IMG/VR virus record: IMGVR_UViG_3300037488_000489
Location: 1 to 53,711 of that record
DNA length: 53,711 nucleotides
Strand: one strand, 5' to 3'
DNA from: a virus
Lineage: Duplodnaviria; Heunggongvirae; Uroviricota; Caudoviricetes
Positions 13,001 to 22,821 of this stretch are shown here, piece after piece. Made by a program: the position numbers and the translations under genes. Position 1 is the first letter of the stretch, and the number at the start of each line of letters is the position of its first letter. The notes beneath the pieces were generated by a model. That model did no database searches and was not told the origin of the DNA. It was given only the letters and a program-made list of their open reading frames with translations.

Positions 13001-16000
13001 GCGAAGCTCAAGTTGGAGATTCTAACTTTAGCACAGCAACTAGACAACTAAGTGCTACATATACAAGTGCTGTTATTAATAGCATTAAGACCACTCCTAA
13101 ATATTTTACGTTTGATAAGAAAGAAAATGCTTTTGTCCCTGTAAGAGATGACAACGGTGTTGCAGCTATAGAAGATGCAGATGTTAACACTCCAGAAACT
13201 CAAAGAAGATTCTTAGGTTCATTAGGTATCAGTTTCACTAAAGATGAGTATGATACATTAGCGATGAATGGTACTGATGATATAGATAGATTCCAAGAAG
13301 CTGTTAGAGGTATTAAAACTAGTTTTGTAAGAGCTAAGAAGATCACAACATTCTCTGGTAAGACATTATCTATCAAGGGAAGATTGATGACATTAGCTGA
13401 GTTGAAAGTTAAGCTTGCAAACCCAGAGTTTGACAGCACGTTCTACAACGTGAATGGTGAGATGACTCAAACGTTCCTTGGTACAAATGCTGCTAGTAAC
13501 TTATTTGATACACTTTCTCAAATTAACAATAAGTCAGAGTTAGCTAACACTCCGTATGCATACTTACTTACAGATTCATTTGCTCAAAACTCTATTATAT
13601 TAAACATGATGTTTGATGAAGAGGGTAATAGAATTGAAGGGTCTAATGAGTTAATGAAAACATCTTGGGCTGATGGTACACAGAATGCTGTAAACGGTAA
13701 GAAGAAGTCTTCTTCTAAATTAACATACCAAGAGCGTTTAATCCAAGAGATTAATATGAACTTGGCTGGATACTACTATACACTTATTCCTGGTGATGCA
13801 TCATTACAATGGCAAACTTATATGAAGAATGCTATTATTGCTGATCAATTACTTTCAGGATATGATGCTGTATATGATATCTTCAAAGGTTATTTCACTT
13901 CTGAAATGAATTTATCTAGAGAAGACCGTCCTACTAAAAACCAAAAAGAGTTACGTTTCTTTAAACCTATTCTTGGTGAAACCCTTCATAACAAATTAAT
14001 TGCACTTGACGGAGCTCCTGAGGTTATATATGACAATAATAAAGAAGCTATTGATAAAGCTGTATTGGCATTTATTAACAAGAAGACAACTTCATTTAAA
14101 AATAATCTTGAGACATACGGTGTAATCACCAATGCAGCAGGACGTATGGTTGAACAGATAATGAACAAACAATTTGAAGTAAAAAACTTACAGTTTGCTC
14201 AGGGAGGGTCTATGACAGAAGAAAAATTGAATAGAGAGTTGACAGCATTGTCAGTTAACTTCATGATTAATAACATTGAGTTACATAAGTTATTGTTCTC
14301 TGACCCTTATCAATATACAGATGAGTTGAAGCGTATCAAGAACTTTTTATCTCCACGTCAATCTATTATTTCTAACTCAGCTAATATGAATGATGTGTTA
14401 GATAGAGTTTGGAATGAGGGCTATGAGGTGGGTGATATTGGTTACACAGATATGACTCAAGATTCTTTTAAAACTGTAACTGTTGCTGATATAAATAGTT
14501 TCCGTGATCTTGATGGATACAAGCCAGCAGACACAGAGGAAAAGAAAGATACTAAATGGCAACCATATGAGGAATCAGATGGTTCTGGTATTATTATGTT
14601 TAAATCATACCGTAACTTCAGAATCCGTGCTAATGATTGGACTGATGAAAATGAAGAACAATATAAATATGATATAGCTTGGGAGAAAAGATTCAAAGGG
14701 TTAAAGCTTTCTGATAAAGAAAAAGCAATCTTAAAAGAACTTAATCCTAATGTTAAGAGCACGTATACATCTATTAAGCCTATTGTATCTGGTAACAAAG
14801 CTAACGGTCAATCATACAATGATGTTGTATTAGATAAGTTTGCGTTGTATCCATTATCTTTCCGTGTTCTCCAAGAGATTAACATGGCTGGTGGTAAAGA
14901 AAGCTCTAACGCTGTTGAGCATTACAACAAGATGCAAGCTGAGAATATTGATTACAGCATCTTTAAATCAGGTAGAAAGGTTGGTGCACAAGGTCAACAT
15001 GATTTATATAAAGATGGTGAGTTTAATACTGATTCATATGCTGATGATACAATAGTTAATGTTCCATTTAATATTATATCTGTTCAGTCAGAAGTTCCAT
15101 CTAAAGAAATAGAACAAGTAACTAGAGGTTCTCAAATCACTAAGTTAGCTACTATGGACTTCATGGAAGCTGGTGTACCTATTGACTTTGAGAAAGGTAA
15201 AGATATTAACACTCGTTATGAGAAATGGTTTAAGTTAACAGGAGATCAAAAGTTAGCTAAATCTAAATTATACAAAGAGATTAAAAATAACCAAGCATTG
15301 TTAGAGGCAATGATGGAAGAGGGTTATCAAAATCTACTTAAACAAATGGGCATTATTGAAAATGCTGATGAGACATTTAGCATTGATAGTACTGCTAAGG
15401 TGGGAGAGATTTTACGTAAAGAGATTCTTAAAAGAGAAGTTAATGACAACATTGCTGATGCATTAGCTGGATTCTTAGAAGGTCATACAGTTATAGAAGC
15501 TACTCCTGCATATCAACAAATTAGAAGTATTCTTTACTCAATTGCTAATAGAGAAGTTATTAGTCCTAAGATTTCTGGTGGCATGAAGGTACAAATCCCT
15601 TCTACATTATTTGAAGAAATTAAAGGTAGACCAACTAAGATTAATGGTAAAGAAGCTTATGAGTCTGATGTATTAGACTTCTATGTAGATAAAGAGGGCA
15701 AGCGTGTATGTGAAATAATGTTAGGTAGATGGTTCTACAGTCCAATGAGTGACAAAGACCTACTTGACTATTTAAATAATACAGATGAAGGAAAAGAGAT
15801 TTTAGCTGGTATTGGATTCCGTATCCCTACACAGAAACAAAACTCTATTGATAGCTTTGTAATTAAACAATTCTTACCAGAAGAGTTTGGAGACAACGTA
15901 GTTATTCCTTCAGCTTTGGTTAAGAAAGCAGGTTCTGATTTTGATATTGATAAGTTATCTGTATACTTAAAGAACGTTTATGAAGATGCAAAAGGTGATG

Positions 16001-18534
16001 TAAGACTTGTTCCTTATTTAGGAATGGGAGAAGAAGCTAAAGCTAAATTCAATGAGCAATTAAACCTTGGTAAGAATGGATATAAAATGTCTCTTGAGAA
16101 TGCATATATTCAATCTATTCAGAATTTAGTATCTAGTCCTGAGAACTTTAAATCATTAGTACAACCTAACTCTGCAGATCAGTTAAAAGACTTAGCTAAA
16201 GAAATCACTAAGAAATTAGGAATGGAATCACTTGATTCTTCTTCTTTAGATAATATGTTGGATAGAGAATATATGTCTAGACTGAGACAAGCGTTTGTAG
16301 CTGGTAAGTATGCAATTGGTATTGCTGCTAGAAACCAGACAAACCACTCATTGAATCAACGTCAGCTTGTATATATTGATCCAACAAAGATAGCTAGTGA
16401 AGATGCTGCTTGGTTAAAAGATGGATCTATTACATTTACAGACTATAACAAAGTTACAGTTAAGGGTAAAGAGTATGCTACTATCTCTATGATTAATAAC
16501 GTAGATGGTCAGAAGATCTCTGATATTAACGCTCAGTTCATTGATGGATACGTGGATATTTCTAAGGGTCCTTGGATTATGGAACTTGGTGCTACACCAA
16601 ACGTAACCTCTACTTGGATGTTCTTATCAAGCATTGGTGTACCTATTGATACAATTGCCTACTTCATGAACCAACCAATCATTCGTGATTACTTGGCTAA
16701 GGTGGAGAACGCAGGATATAGTTGGTTATTTATTGATGATTATGTAGCTGAGACAAAAGCTCTTAATAAATATAGTGTAGGAAAGAACTATGACTTCTCT
16801 AAGATCAAGTCTATTCCTAGCAAAGAAAGTTTACTTAAAACTGTAGGAGCTATAGGTAGAGATTTAACTAGAGATCAAAAGGCTGAACAACAATTCATGT
16901 TAGATGAGTTCTTGAAATATGCTAAGATGTCTAGTCAGATGTTTACATTCTCTCAGGGTACAAACTTTGATACAGCTACATTCAATGATCCATACTTAGT
17001 ATTCAAGAAGATGGAGCAATTGAAGAAAGCTCAGAATACAATCTTCTCAGCATTAGATGAAGAAGGTAATGTTATATCTGGTGTAGATGATGTATTGAAG
17101 AACTCTTTCTTAGGTAAGCTAGCTGAGAAGATTGGTTATATTAGAAATGCTTATGCAGAGATTCTTAAGTCTGATGCTCCTAATGTAAGAAACGTAATTG
17201 AGAATGTATTAGTTGATTACATAGATATGCCAGACTCTGATTTTATTAGAGTGAGTCAAAAGGCTGTATCTGATTTGTTTGACTGGGCTGTACAGATTGA
17301 TAAAGGATATAACAAACAAATCACTGAGTTATTGTTATCTAAAGACAATGCTTCAGGTGAATTATCTAAATTCATAAAAGAAGTTAAGGATACAAAAGAT
17401 CATCCTTTACGTAACAATCAGATAATCAAGTTGTTAGATCCAATCATTAATGGTGCTGTAGATGGTGTCAATAATGCTAAGATTAACAACAAGAGCAATA
17501 AGGTGTTTGATCAAAACCAAATCATCTATGGATTTAATGAAATGAAACAATACTTAGAAGACAATGGTAGTACATTGTACGATAAGCTTGTAAGACTTGC
17601 AGTGTTACAATCTGGATTGTCTAACTCTCCAATATCATTCACTTCGTTATTGCCATATGAAGATTTCAAAGAAATCTATAATAAGACTTTGTCTAATTTA
17701 GAAAATATGCCTAACTTAGCGGACTTCAATACGTTGAAGGTATTCCAAAGAAACAACTGGAATGATAGTGATATTGTTCCATCAAGAAAGGCTAAGAAGA
17801 TATCTGGACCATCTGGAGATTATTATCAAAACAATACAATCTTTAATGGTAACCTAGCTGTAACAGAAGCAGTGGCAGCTGGACAGATTCCAAAGCTACT
17901 TAAGTTGTCATCTCTATCTAGAGAAGCAAAAGCTGATGTTGTTATTTATTCTTGGGAAGAAGTACCTCAGGATAAGAAGAAATATGACATGATTAAAGAA
18001 GGTGACTTCTCATATATCAAGAAAGGATTATTCCAAAAGGTATATGATGGTACAACTCCTTTATCATTTGATAATAGGTATGGCACTCCAACATTTGTCT
18101 ATAAAATGATTAATGCTTGGGGAGAATCTAAAAGAGTTGGTGAAAGCTATTTCAGTGCAAATGAGTTTTATGCATTTGCTCAGAAGTCTGTAATTGATAA
18201 TGGTTTCTTAGAAGCTAAGGAAGTAGAAGATGATGTAATCACACAATACTTCTCAGCTGAACCAAAGGCAATTGTTAGCACAGAACCAAAGATTCAAGAT
18301 GAATTGATAGATGAAGATGCTGTATTAATTGAAGATGACGCAGAACAATTAGGCGAAGCGTTAGAAGAATCAATTAAGAATGATGCTAAAATGGAAATAC
18401 CTTCTGGTGAGGTAAAATTAAAAGATGGTAAGTATCATGCACTAGCTGATATAAATGGTACATATCTTAGTGAGCTAGGATATTCACAGAAGAAAATAAG
18501 CGAAATATTACAAACAATCTGTAAACTAGGATAA
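7030..18534 (+). CDS. Virion-packaged DNA-dependent RNA polymerase (crAss-like, double-psi beta-barrel) fused to an HExxH zincin-like domain, 3834 aa
   Basis: Catalytic GSDFDIDKL at 15937-15951, preceded by GFRIPTQ; LYHEVFH at ~11776-11796 followed by EEQLAEE; size and position match crAss-like vRNAPs such as phi14:2 gp66 (DFDID). Confidence 0.88.
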   Translation: MPDFDKNLKPILKNEDVNLPNLDNPASTGNFGYRQSVEGKQSAVDQFFGGGPVVNDMAPTVTAKELYENRRYEIFSPDITDIENQKANAQSWGTQAANGILKGLNLTATTVVGGFGMLEGVLEASFSGRLADIWDNKILRDLDDWNNKVDQEYLPNYYSTKETEANWYSTDNWFRPNFLFDKLVKNSGYAVGAMISGNIANAGILRLGRGIGALADAYAIGAESSQAFKSYTPLLRNMSRAFSAGKNIEAAAVLEKGIATVADVTAQSSQLAEIAAQTNNFFRINDIGRRTAIAAYSSAGESSFEALQTSREYRKNAIAQFIQDYGYEPTGSDLEKINQDTESVGKVSFFANMGILSATEYVQLPRLLGSSYSASKQAANSLMGQVDNVVLREGKYVAEEAATRFGKIYDKAKGVGRYVFDPKEALQEGLQTGLQVGTQNYYNKAYQTGNANVWVDGFLYGVNGVNKEGRGVGVLNSKEGAESILLGGITGGMMQIKGNFSQQAALATNTQAFINTLNSTPSFKQAFQDRMDGINRGVILQQQQQVAVLQGDRLEAKDLDADLLHNYLAPRIKYGRFDMIIEDIKELKRDGLTEGGLSQLKEQGLANINDTVDMYQQRLANFEKVAGQVSELYKSLDLRYSGEVDDKGNRKYSSQVIDKLVYAGAKIMNYDKRIPQVNAPLAAAGIDTTAVLTDIIKNKQPNKEATDGVIEQINNMDVTSEVKDDLKLALTDTIELSLRRKLFIDQYDDIKSNPEKYQVKTTLAEEEELPVEVDQVEDGKTKKRELEVGQEYSLKQSYLRDGNGLVLAPKITVQAQTLGGEYEVVLPNGKTSFLTPEQFKAYSVSDNNNTSEELSDLLDNVITRIVSQPKYKDVADTMPAGEESEKTLLQHINEQNNPELIDEIEAEFKEKSEAFMKQAEAIAKDEKLAAEFNATMDMAGTEVIATEEASAPDTNAKSTDVLPRATIPSQQIPGYKNSNFFGNKLGSFSNRANIRGVYVTQANEAKLGLGGTIVDGKYVGGLMNYLKGDSDIDPAKTIAFVMVEQVGDKVTVVDKDGKPLANPTFETAVFQVMPDPKFQWSEKFGGKSMFREGTPEDVKENIIARYTEFVNETLSETGIIPHTIEASFGTAQKTKGAKNSVTSAGLIKSSDLNTKSVLNVPTNNGTITRGSTSFSNPLGKIFLKAANGYVMLQNNKHNKKQAGVIFDAIRELCNIANTEYNLQSPEAQRLYKWLTTVVYWGKPKNAPGVNSMWFEKGKLRVGNEGKTYTFTTEGLDAAKDKIMADIMDSYHNVRSIFVASDVKTNSIYNWQLPYEQIVGIKDGKIEAKQWKNYQSYLLSSEGRNGEDAPLTTNINPISAEAEVNRQGVYFVATDTAARYAAPLPKVKAPKTLTPGSPKADVTNAIEDGKVTTISNPAFGTVHFIANFNNLDEIQFVTTDPTNPDSIKMAADNTSAFAKVNANTIAASIAQKIRGEQTAIKEEAKVVAPIIEENNIPETDEELMRKQMNETEDDAPFRTKLRNQVDSFEKENWPKIEKFLKEKFPNLPVYRVKNIIRNAAGQEMFGMFKDGAIYVYEGAETGTLYHEVFHGVYRMFTSPDERNSIRDEFRSRAGSFTDRASGEELKYSDATDIQIEEQLAEELIDYIQNGKLPAKPKDGRPFIVKMFADFVNFVKSLFTGAKAELNTRELFKQIKKGDFKQYSPVTSSLSYANKGIIDIDSAIAEPGAVARLKMGGQTVHDIMQQMTYITLGDIVKSDEGLFNIEKVKKPALYAKLKDNLQKTALKSRKEAENDVRDGNMTNEASLPIIEKSIALWRDITDNWDDIVAKHEEYLKAYSIQFDENEETEFTTEDKSKGSDYMDSSKIDSFKKAAAATKILLATVPIVKDGKLDYSSINGVRLLPVSEVYMTLLNKTHSSRSIDEMISRIYDIAKDDENYRTLYERITKTKYIDNNFDFSSIKNTNEERLISALWKLLKKQNPEVKNLFILENGEAQVGDSNFSTATRQLSATYTSAVINSIKTTPKYFTFDKKENAFVPVRDDNGVAAIEDADVNTPETQRRFLGSLGISFTKDEYDTLAMNGTDDIDRFQEAVRGIKTSFVRAKKITTFSGKTLSIKGRLMTLAELKVKLANPEFDSTFYNVNGEMTQTFLGTNAASNLFDTLSQINNKSELANTPYAYLLTDSFAQNSIILNMMFDEEGNRIEGSNELMKTSWADGTQNAVNGKKKSSSKLTYQERLIQEINMNLAGYYYTLIPGDASLQWQTYMKNAIIADQLLSGYDAVYDIFKGYFTSEMNLSREDRPTKNQKELRFFKPILGETLHNKLIALDGAPEVIYDNNKEAIDKAVLAFINKKTTSFKNNLETYGVITNAAGRMVEQIMNKQFEVKNLQFAQGGSMTEEKLNRELTALSVNFMINNIELHKLLFSDPYQYTDELKRIKNFLSPRQSIISNSANMNDVLDRVWNEGYEVGDIGYTDMTQDSFKTVTVADINSFRDLDGYKPADTEEKKDTKWQPYEESDGSGIIMFKSYRNFRIRANDWTDENEEQYKYDIAWEKRFKGLKLSDKEKAILKELNPNVKSTYTSIKPIVSGNKANGQSYNDVVLDKFALYPLSFRVLQEINMAGGKESSNAVEHYNKMQAENIDYSIFKSGRKVGAQGQHDLYKDGEFNTDSYADDTIVNVPFNIISVQSEVPSKEIEQVTRGSQITKLATMDFMEAGVPIDFEKGKDINTRYEKWFKLTGDQKLAKSKLYKEIKNNQALLEAMMEEGYQNLLKQMGIIENADETFSIDSTAKVGEILRKEILKREVNDNIADALAGFLEGHTVIEATPAYQQIRSILYSIANREVISPKISGGMKVQIPSTLFEEIKGRPTKINGKEAYESDVLDFYVDKEGKRVCEIMLGRWFYSPMSDKDLLDYLNNTDEGKEILAGIGFRIPTQKQNSIDSFVIKQFLPEEFGDNVVIPSALVKKAGSDFDIDKLSVYLKNVYEDAKGDVRLVPYLGMGEEAKAKFNEQLNLGKNGYKMSLENAYIQSIQNLVSSPENFKSLVQPNSADQLKDLAKEITKKLGMESLDSSSLDNMLDREYMSRLRQAFVAGKYAIGIAARNQTNHSLNQRQLVYIDPTKIASEDAAWLKDGSITFTDYNKVTVKGKEYATISMINNVDGQKISDINAQFIDGYVDISKGPWIMELGATPNVTSTWMFLSSIGVPIDTIAYFMNQPIIRDYLAKVENAGYSWLFIDDYVAETKALNKYSVGKNYDFSKIKSIPSKESLLKTVGAIGRDLTRDQKAEQQFMLDEFLKYAKMSSQMFTFSQGTNFDTATFNDPYLVFKKMEQLKKAQNTIFSALDEEGNVISGVDDVLKNSFLGKLAEKIGYIRNAYAEILKSDAPNVRNVIENVLVDYIDMPDSDFIRVSQKAVSDLFDWAVQIDKGYNKQITELLLSKDNASGELSKFIKEVKDTKDHPLRNNQIIKLLDPIINGAVDGVNNAKINNKSNKVFDQNQIIYGFNEMKQYLEDNGSTLYDKLVRLAVLQSGLSNSPISFTSLLPYEDFKEIYNKTLSNLENMPNLADFNTLKVFQRNNWNDSDIVPSRKAKKISGPSGDYYQNNTIFNGNLAVTEAVAAGQIPKLLKLSSLSREAKADVVIYSWEEVPQDKKKYDMIKEGDFSYIKKGLFQKVYDGTTPLSFDNRYGTPTFVYKMINAWGESKRVGESYFSANEFYAFAQKSVIDNGFLEAKEVEDDVITQYFSAEPKAIVSTEPKIQDELIDEDAVLIEDDAEQLGEALEESIKNDAKMEIPSGEVKLKDGKYHALADINGTYLSELGYSQKKISEILQTICKLG

Positions 18535-18535
18535 T

Positions 18536-21500
18536 ATGGCAACCTGCCCAAATACAAGTCTTGATTCTTGGAAGAAATTAGTAGAAGATAAAGGAGAAGC
18601 TGCAGCATACTATCTTTGGGATAAGTATGATGGAAACATTCCTGTAGAAGCTACTGAAGAGCAATTAGCTGTAAAAGATAAATTGTTTCAAACTAAGAAG
18701 GAAGTTAAGAAGGTTACTATTGATAAAAAAGAAACAGATCCATTACTATTAGATTCTGAAGAAGCTAATAATGGATATGAAGTTCAAGATGAAACTGGTA
18801 AATGGACACCTATTCTTAAAAGGGTTACTAATAGAGTGAAGGCTTGGTACAAAGAGAAGTTTGGCACTAAGGTGTTTACTCCTCAAGAACAAGCGTTCAA
18901 TGATTTGAAAAGAGATTATGGTATTGCTGGTCACAATGATTTACAAGAAATACATGAGAGATACTTCTATCCAGACGGAACTAAAAGAGATGTTCCATTA
19001 GATAGACCTGCAGAAATCAACTTACCTTCTCAAGACATGTATGAAAAGTTAGAGAAGTATTATGTAAAGCTTATTGACTCATTCCCAGAAGGAACTAATA
19101 TCTATTCTGAGGTGGTGATTTATGATAAGAAGAATAAGGAAGCTGGTACAATTGACTTCTTAGCTGTTGAGAAGAATGGTAAGGGTCATATTCTAGACTG
19201 GAAGTTTATGTACATAGCTGGTAATGATGTTGCTTGGTTCAAGCAAGGAGCATTCAATATTCAGATTGGTACATACAAAGAGATGTTACGTACTAACTAC
19301 GGCATCAAAGAGTTTGGAATGCTACGTGCTATTCCTATTGCCATGGACTTCCAACTTAAGAACAAGCAAGATCCAAAGTTAGGATATAACTTAAATGGTA
19401 TTGCTATTGGTTCTGTAGACAAGAATGAAATAGATCCTCTTGTAGACTTAAAACTTATTCCTATATCTGAAGAAAGTGAATCTACAGGATTTGCAGCTTT
19501 AGATAAAGTGTTAAGTAATCTAAATGCATTATACCGTCAGTATAGTAAAGAGCAAGTTACTGATGAGCAAGAGCGTCAATTTAAAATAGAAAGACTTAAT
19601 CAGTTAAAGAAAGCTGTACGTATTGTACAGGGAACCAATAACTTACAACCTTTAATTGATGTAATTGAGGTGATGAGAAAAGATGGTGACAGAATCATGA
19701 ATGATTATGATGCTATCTATAAAGACAGACCTGCTTCAGCTGATGATTCTAATGATGCAGACCTATCTGACTTTGCTGAAGATATGAATAACTACATCAG
19801 ATTCTCTGAAGTGTTTTCTACAATCAGTGATGATATTGGAGATTTAATTTGGAATGCAGAGATGGATGCTGCTGCTACATCTGAAGCAGAAAAAGATAAC
19901 ATTAAAGCTAGAAAAGATATTCTATTTAATTTAGAGAGTGAATCTAAGTTAATTAGAAAGTCTATTAAAAGTATTACAGAAGCTTCTGAGAAGTTTGCTG
20001 ATAAGCATATTGGAGAAAGAAACTTGGTAACAGGTTTAACTAAAGCTGAGGCAGTTGTAAAAGGACTTGCTTCTAACTTTAGAGGTATTTCAGAATTACC
20101 ACTACGTGCCCTACAAGTGTTATACAAGCTAACTAGAAATGCACAAGGTAAAGCATCTCAAGAATCTTTAAGTGAGGTGGAAGAGCTTATGGCTATTAGA
20201 GAGAAGTTAGCTAAAAGAGGTGGTGATTTAAGAAAGCTTGTACAAAGAATTTATCAGAAAGATAGCTCAGGTAAATTGGTTAACAAGCTTGTAAAGAAGT
20301 TTGACTCTGACTTCTATGAGCAGGTTGATGAGAAAGCTGCAGCTGGTGGAGATAGACAATGGTTAACTGATAATATTGATATAGAAGCTTACAAAAAAGA
20401 AGCTAGTGTATTATTAGAAAAGCAACTTAAGAACATTGAGAGAAACTCTTATGCTGGTTCTGAAGAAGAGGTTGAAGATCAGAAGCGTAGATATTCTGAA
20501 GAAGCTAGACGTCTTTGGGATATAGAGAATGAGAACTTTAATGGTTGGAACAACTATGTAATCAAAAGACATCCGTTGGATAAATGGTTCTCTAAGGATT
20601 ACCAAGATGTACAATCTGATCCAGAACTATTAGAACTTTATAATTATATTGGTAAGGTTAATGATAAGGCTAAGGACTTAGGATATATCAATAACATGGT
20701 ATCTAAGAACTTCTTACCTTTCATTAGAAAGAGTATGGCTGAGCAGTTAGTTTGGGATAACAAACTTTCTGTAATGAGCAACTTTTATAATAGCTTACAG
20801 ATTAGAACAGATGATGCTGGTTATGGTCAAATCAATGAGGTGACTGGAGAATTAGAGAACAGCATCCCTAAATATTACACTGCAGACTTTAGTAAACAAG
20901 AAGATGGTACAAATGATTATTCTGATGTAAGTGAAGACTTATTCAAGAATATGATTTTATATGTTCAGCAAGTGAACAAGTATAAATACATGTCTGAGGT
21001 GGAAGGTCAACTTAAATTAGTTAAAACTATTGAGTCTTTCAAAAAGCACCTTAACACTAACCGTGTAGGTAATATTGTTAGAAAAGATGGTAAACCTGAA
21101 GAACTTCCTGGTAATGAAGAGAATACAAAGATGTATGATGAATTCTTACGTGCATTGTTGTATGAGCAAAAATATGTAATCAATGATTCTGATGTTCCTT
21201 TGAATATTGACAAAGTGCTAAACTTTGTTAAGAAAGGAATTAATAGGGTGGCTGGTAGAGAAGTATATAAAGAAACTGATGCTACAACAGCTACATCCAT
21301 GGTTAAAACTATTGATGCTGCTAATAGAGCATTTCAGTTAAAGACTCTTGGATTTGAATTCATCTCTGGTGCTGCCAACATGTTTGGTGGTAACATTCAG
21401 ATTGCTACACAGGCTGGAAACTATTTCAAGGCTAGAGAGTTTCTGAAAAATGAAACTAAATTAATTGGACAGAAGTTTGATAGTGAAGAAGACAAAGAAA

Positions 21501-22786
21501 CATTTGTTCAATTAGTTAATACATTCATGCCAATGAAAGATGACCCTTCTTATGAAGAGTTTAAAAAAGCTGGTATGTCTGCTTTAACAAGAGTGAGCTT
21601 AGGAGATACACTTATGGTATTTATGAGACAGCCAGAACAACTTATTGAGAAAGCTGTGTTCACCACATTGCTAGAAAACGTAATGGTTGAGAATGGTAAG
21701 ATTGTGAGTATTAGAGAGTTTGTTAAGAATCAATATAAAGATAGATATAAGTCAGCTGCTGATTTCAAGAATGCTAAAAGCAAAATGGAATCTGAAGTTG
21801 AAGAACTTAAAAAGACTAGAGCTATATCTGTAACTAAAAAGTTAGAGGATGGTAAGTTGGTTATCCCTGGACTTGATTTAACCAATAGAACTGAGCTTCA
21901 AAGACTTACAAACTTGACTAGACGTATTTCTAGAAATGCCACTGGAGGTTTATCTGATGGTGATATTAATAGAATGTCTATGTCTATTTGGACTAAGTCT
22001 ATGATGTTGTTCAAGAACTGGATTCCAAAACTAACAGATACACGTTTCTCTGAGTTCAGAAAGGTGAGTGATGACTTCTCTGTACGTATCAATGAAGATG
22101 GTATAGCTGAAGGAGAGAAGTATGACGTGGGTAGAATTCGTTTACTAGCTTCTGTTATGGCTTCATCTTTCCAAGATAAGGCTAATAACTTAATGAACAT
22201 CATGAAAATGAATGATGCTGGTATTGAGAAGTTAAATAAAATGTATGAAGAATACAGAGAGCAATATGAAACTGAGACAGGAGAAGTGTTAAACATGACT
22301 AAGGAAGACTTCATTGATATGATTAGAACTAACCTTCACAATCAGATTAAGGAACTTGCTATGCTAGGAGCACTTATAGCATCTATGTTTGCTTTAGGAT
22401 ATATGGCTCCAGATGATGATGAAGATAAGGCTAGTAAAAACTTCTATCGTTTTACATTAAAAACAATGGATAAGTTTGTAAGTGAGCTTTCATTCTTCTA
22501 CAATCCTGTAAACTACGAACAGCTTTTAAGTGGATCAATGTTCCCAGCGTTAGGTATTGTGGGTGATTATTCTAAATTTGTGTCACATACATTTAGAGAA
22601 GTGACAGGGTTTGATTTTGATCCAAACACATCTGCTGAAGATGTTAGGAAGAAGGCTTACCCATTAAAATATGGTATGAAAGCAGCACCTATCACTAAGT
22701 CTTTAGTCACTTACATTTCAATTTTTAATTCAGAGTTTGCTAAAGATAATGATGTAACTATACAAGCTCAAAATAGAATAAGATAA
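18536..22786 (+). CDS. Large virion cargo protein with an N-proximal PD-(D/E)xK nuclease-like domain, 1416 aa
   Basis: E..IYD....AGTIDFLAV.......ILDWK...Q...Y motif at ~19100-19290; N-terminal CPN...W..LV...GE..AY..W; follows the vRNAP with a 1-nt gap. Confidence 0.65.
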   Translation: MATCPNTSLDSWKKLVEDKGEAAAYYLWDKYDGNIPVEATEEQLAVKDKLFQTKKEVKKVTIDKKETDPLLLDSEEANNGYEVQDETGKWTPILKRVTNRVKAWYKEKFGTKVFTPQEQAFNDLKRDYGIAGHNDLQEIHERYFYPDGTKRDVPLDRPAEINLPSQDMYEKLEKYYVKLIDSFPEGTNIYSEVVIYDKKNKEAGTIDFLAVEKNGKGHILDWKFMYIAGNDVAWFKQGAFNIQIGTYKEMLRTNYGIKEFGMLRAIPIAMDFQLKNKQDPKLGYNLNGIAIGSVDKNEIDPLVDLKLIPISEESESTGFAALDKVLSNLNALYRQYSKEQVTDEQERQFKIERLNQLKKAVRIVQGTNNLQPLIDVIEVMRKDGDRIMNDYDAIYKDRPASADDSNDADLSDFAEDMNNYIRFSEVFSTISDDIGDLIWNAEMDAAATSEAEKDNIKARKDILFNLESESKLIRKSIKSITEASEKFADKHIGERNLVTGLTKAEAVVKGLASNFRGISELPLRALQVLYKLTRNAQGKASQESLSEVEELMAIREKLAKRGGDLRKLVQRIYQKDSSGKLVNKLVKKFDSDFYEQVDEKAAAGGDRQWLTDNIDIEAYKKEASVLLEKQLKNIERNSYAGSEEEVEDQKRRYSEEARRLWDIENENFNGWNNYVIKRHPLDKWFSKDYQDVQSDPELLELYNYIGKVNDKAKDLGYINNMVSKNFLPFIRKSMAEQLVWDNKLSVMSNFYNSLQIRTDDAGYGQINEVTGELENSIPKYYTADFSKQEDGTNDYSDVSEDLFKNMILYVQQVNKYKYMSEVEGQLKLVKTIESFKKHLNTNRVGNIVRKDGKPEELPGNEENTKMYDEFLRALLYEQKYVINDSDVPLNIDKVLNFVKKGINRVAGREVYKETDATTATSMVKTIDAANRAFQLKTLGFEFISGAANMFGGNIQIATQAGNYFKAREFLKNETKLIGQKFDSEEDKETFVQLVNTFMPMKDDPSYEEFKKAGMSALTRVSLGDTLMVFMRQPEQLIEKAVFTTLLENVMVENGKIVSIREFVKNQYKDRYKSAADFKNAKSKMESEVEELKKTRAISVTKKLEDGKLVIPGLDLTNRTELQRLTNLTRRISRNATGGLSDGDINRMSMSIWTKSMMLFKNWIPKLTDTRFSEFRKVSDDFSVRINEDGIAEGEKYDVGRIRLLASVMASSFQDKANNLMNIMKMNDAGIEKLNKMYEEYREQYETETGEVLNMTKEDFIDMIRTNLHNQIKELAMLGALIASMFALGYMAPDDDEDKASKNFYRFTLKTMDKFVSELSFFYNPVNYEQLLSGSMFPALGIVGDYSKFVSHTFREVTGFDFDPNTSAEDVRKKAYPLKYGMKAAPITKSLVTYISIFNSEFAKDNDVTIQAQNRIR

Positions 22787-22813
22787 ATGCTATATTATAT
22801 AGCATAGTTTTTT
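22787..22813 (+). terminator. Weak AT-rich hairpin terminator candidate after the cargo operon
   Basis: ATGCTATA-TTA-TATAGCAT perfect 8-bp inverted repeat immediately after the stop codon, followed by AGTTTTTT. Confidence 0.45.
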
Positions 22814-22821
22814 ACAACTCA

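Noticed and set aside
1890-22314. Short ORFs nested within the four giant cargo genes
   Set aside because: They fully overlap well-supported long CDSs, have atypical composition and show no motifs.
312-22786. Stop-codon reassignment (TAG/TGA), as in some gut crAss-like phages
   Set aside because: Multi-kb ORFs are intact under code 11, and TAG and TGA both serve as real stops (e.g. 43811-43813, 40355-40357).
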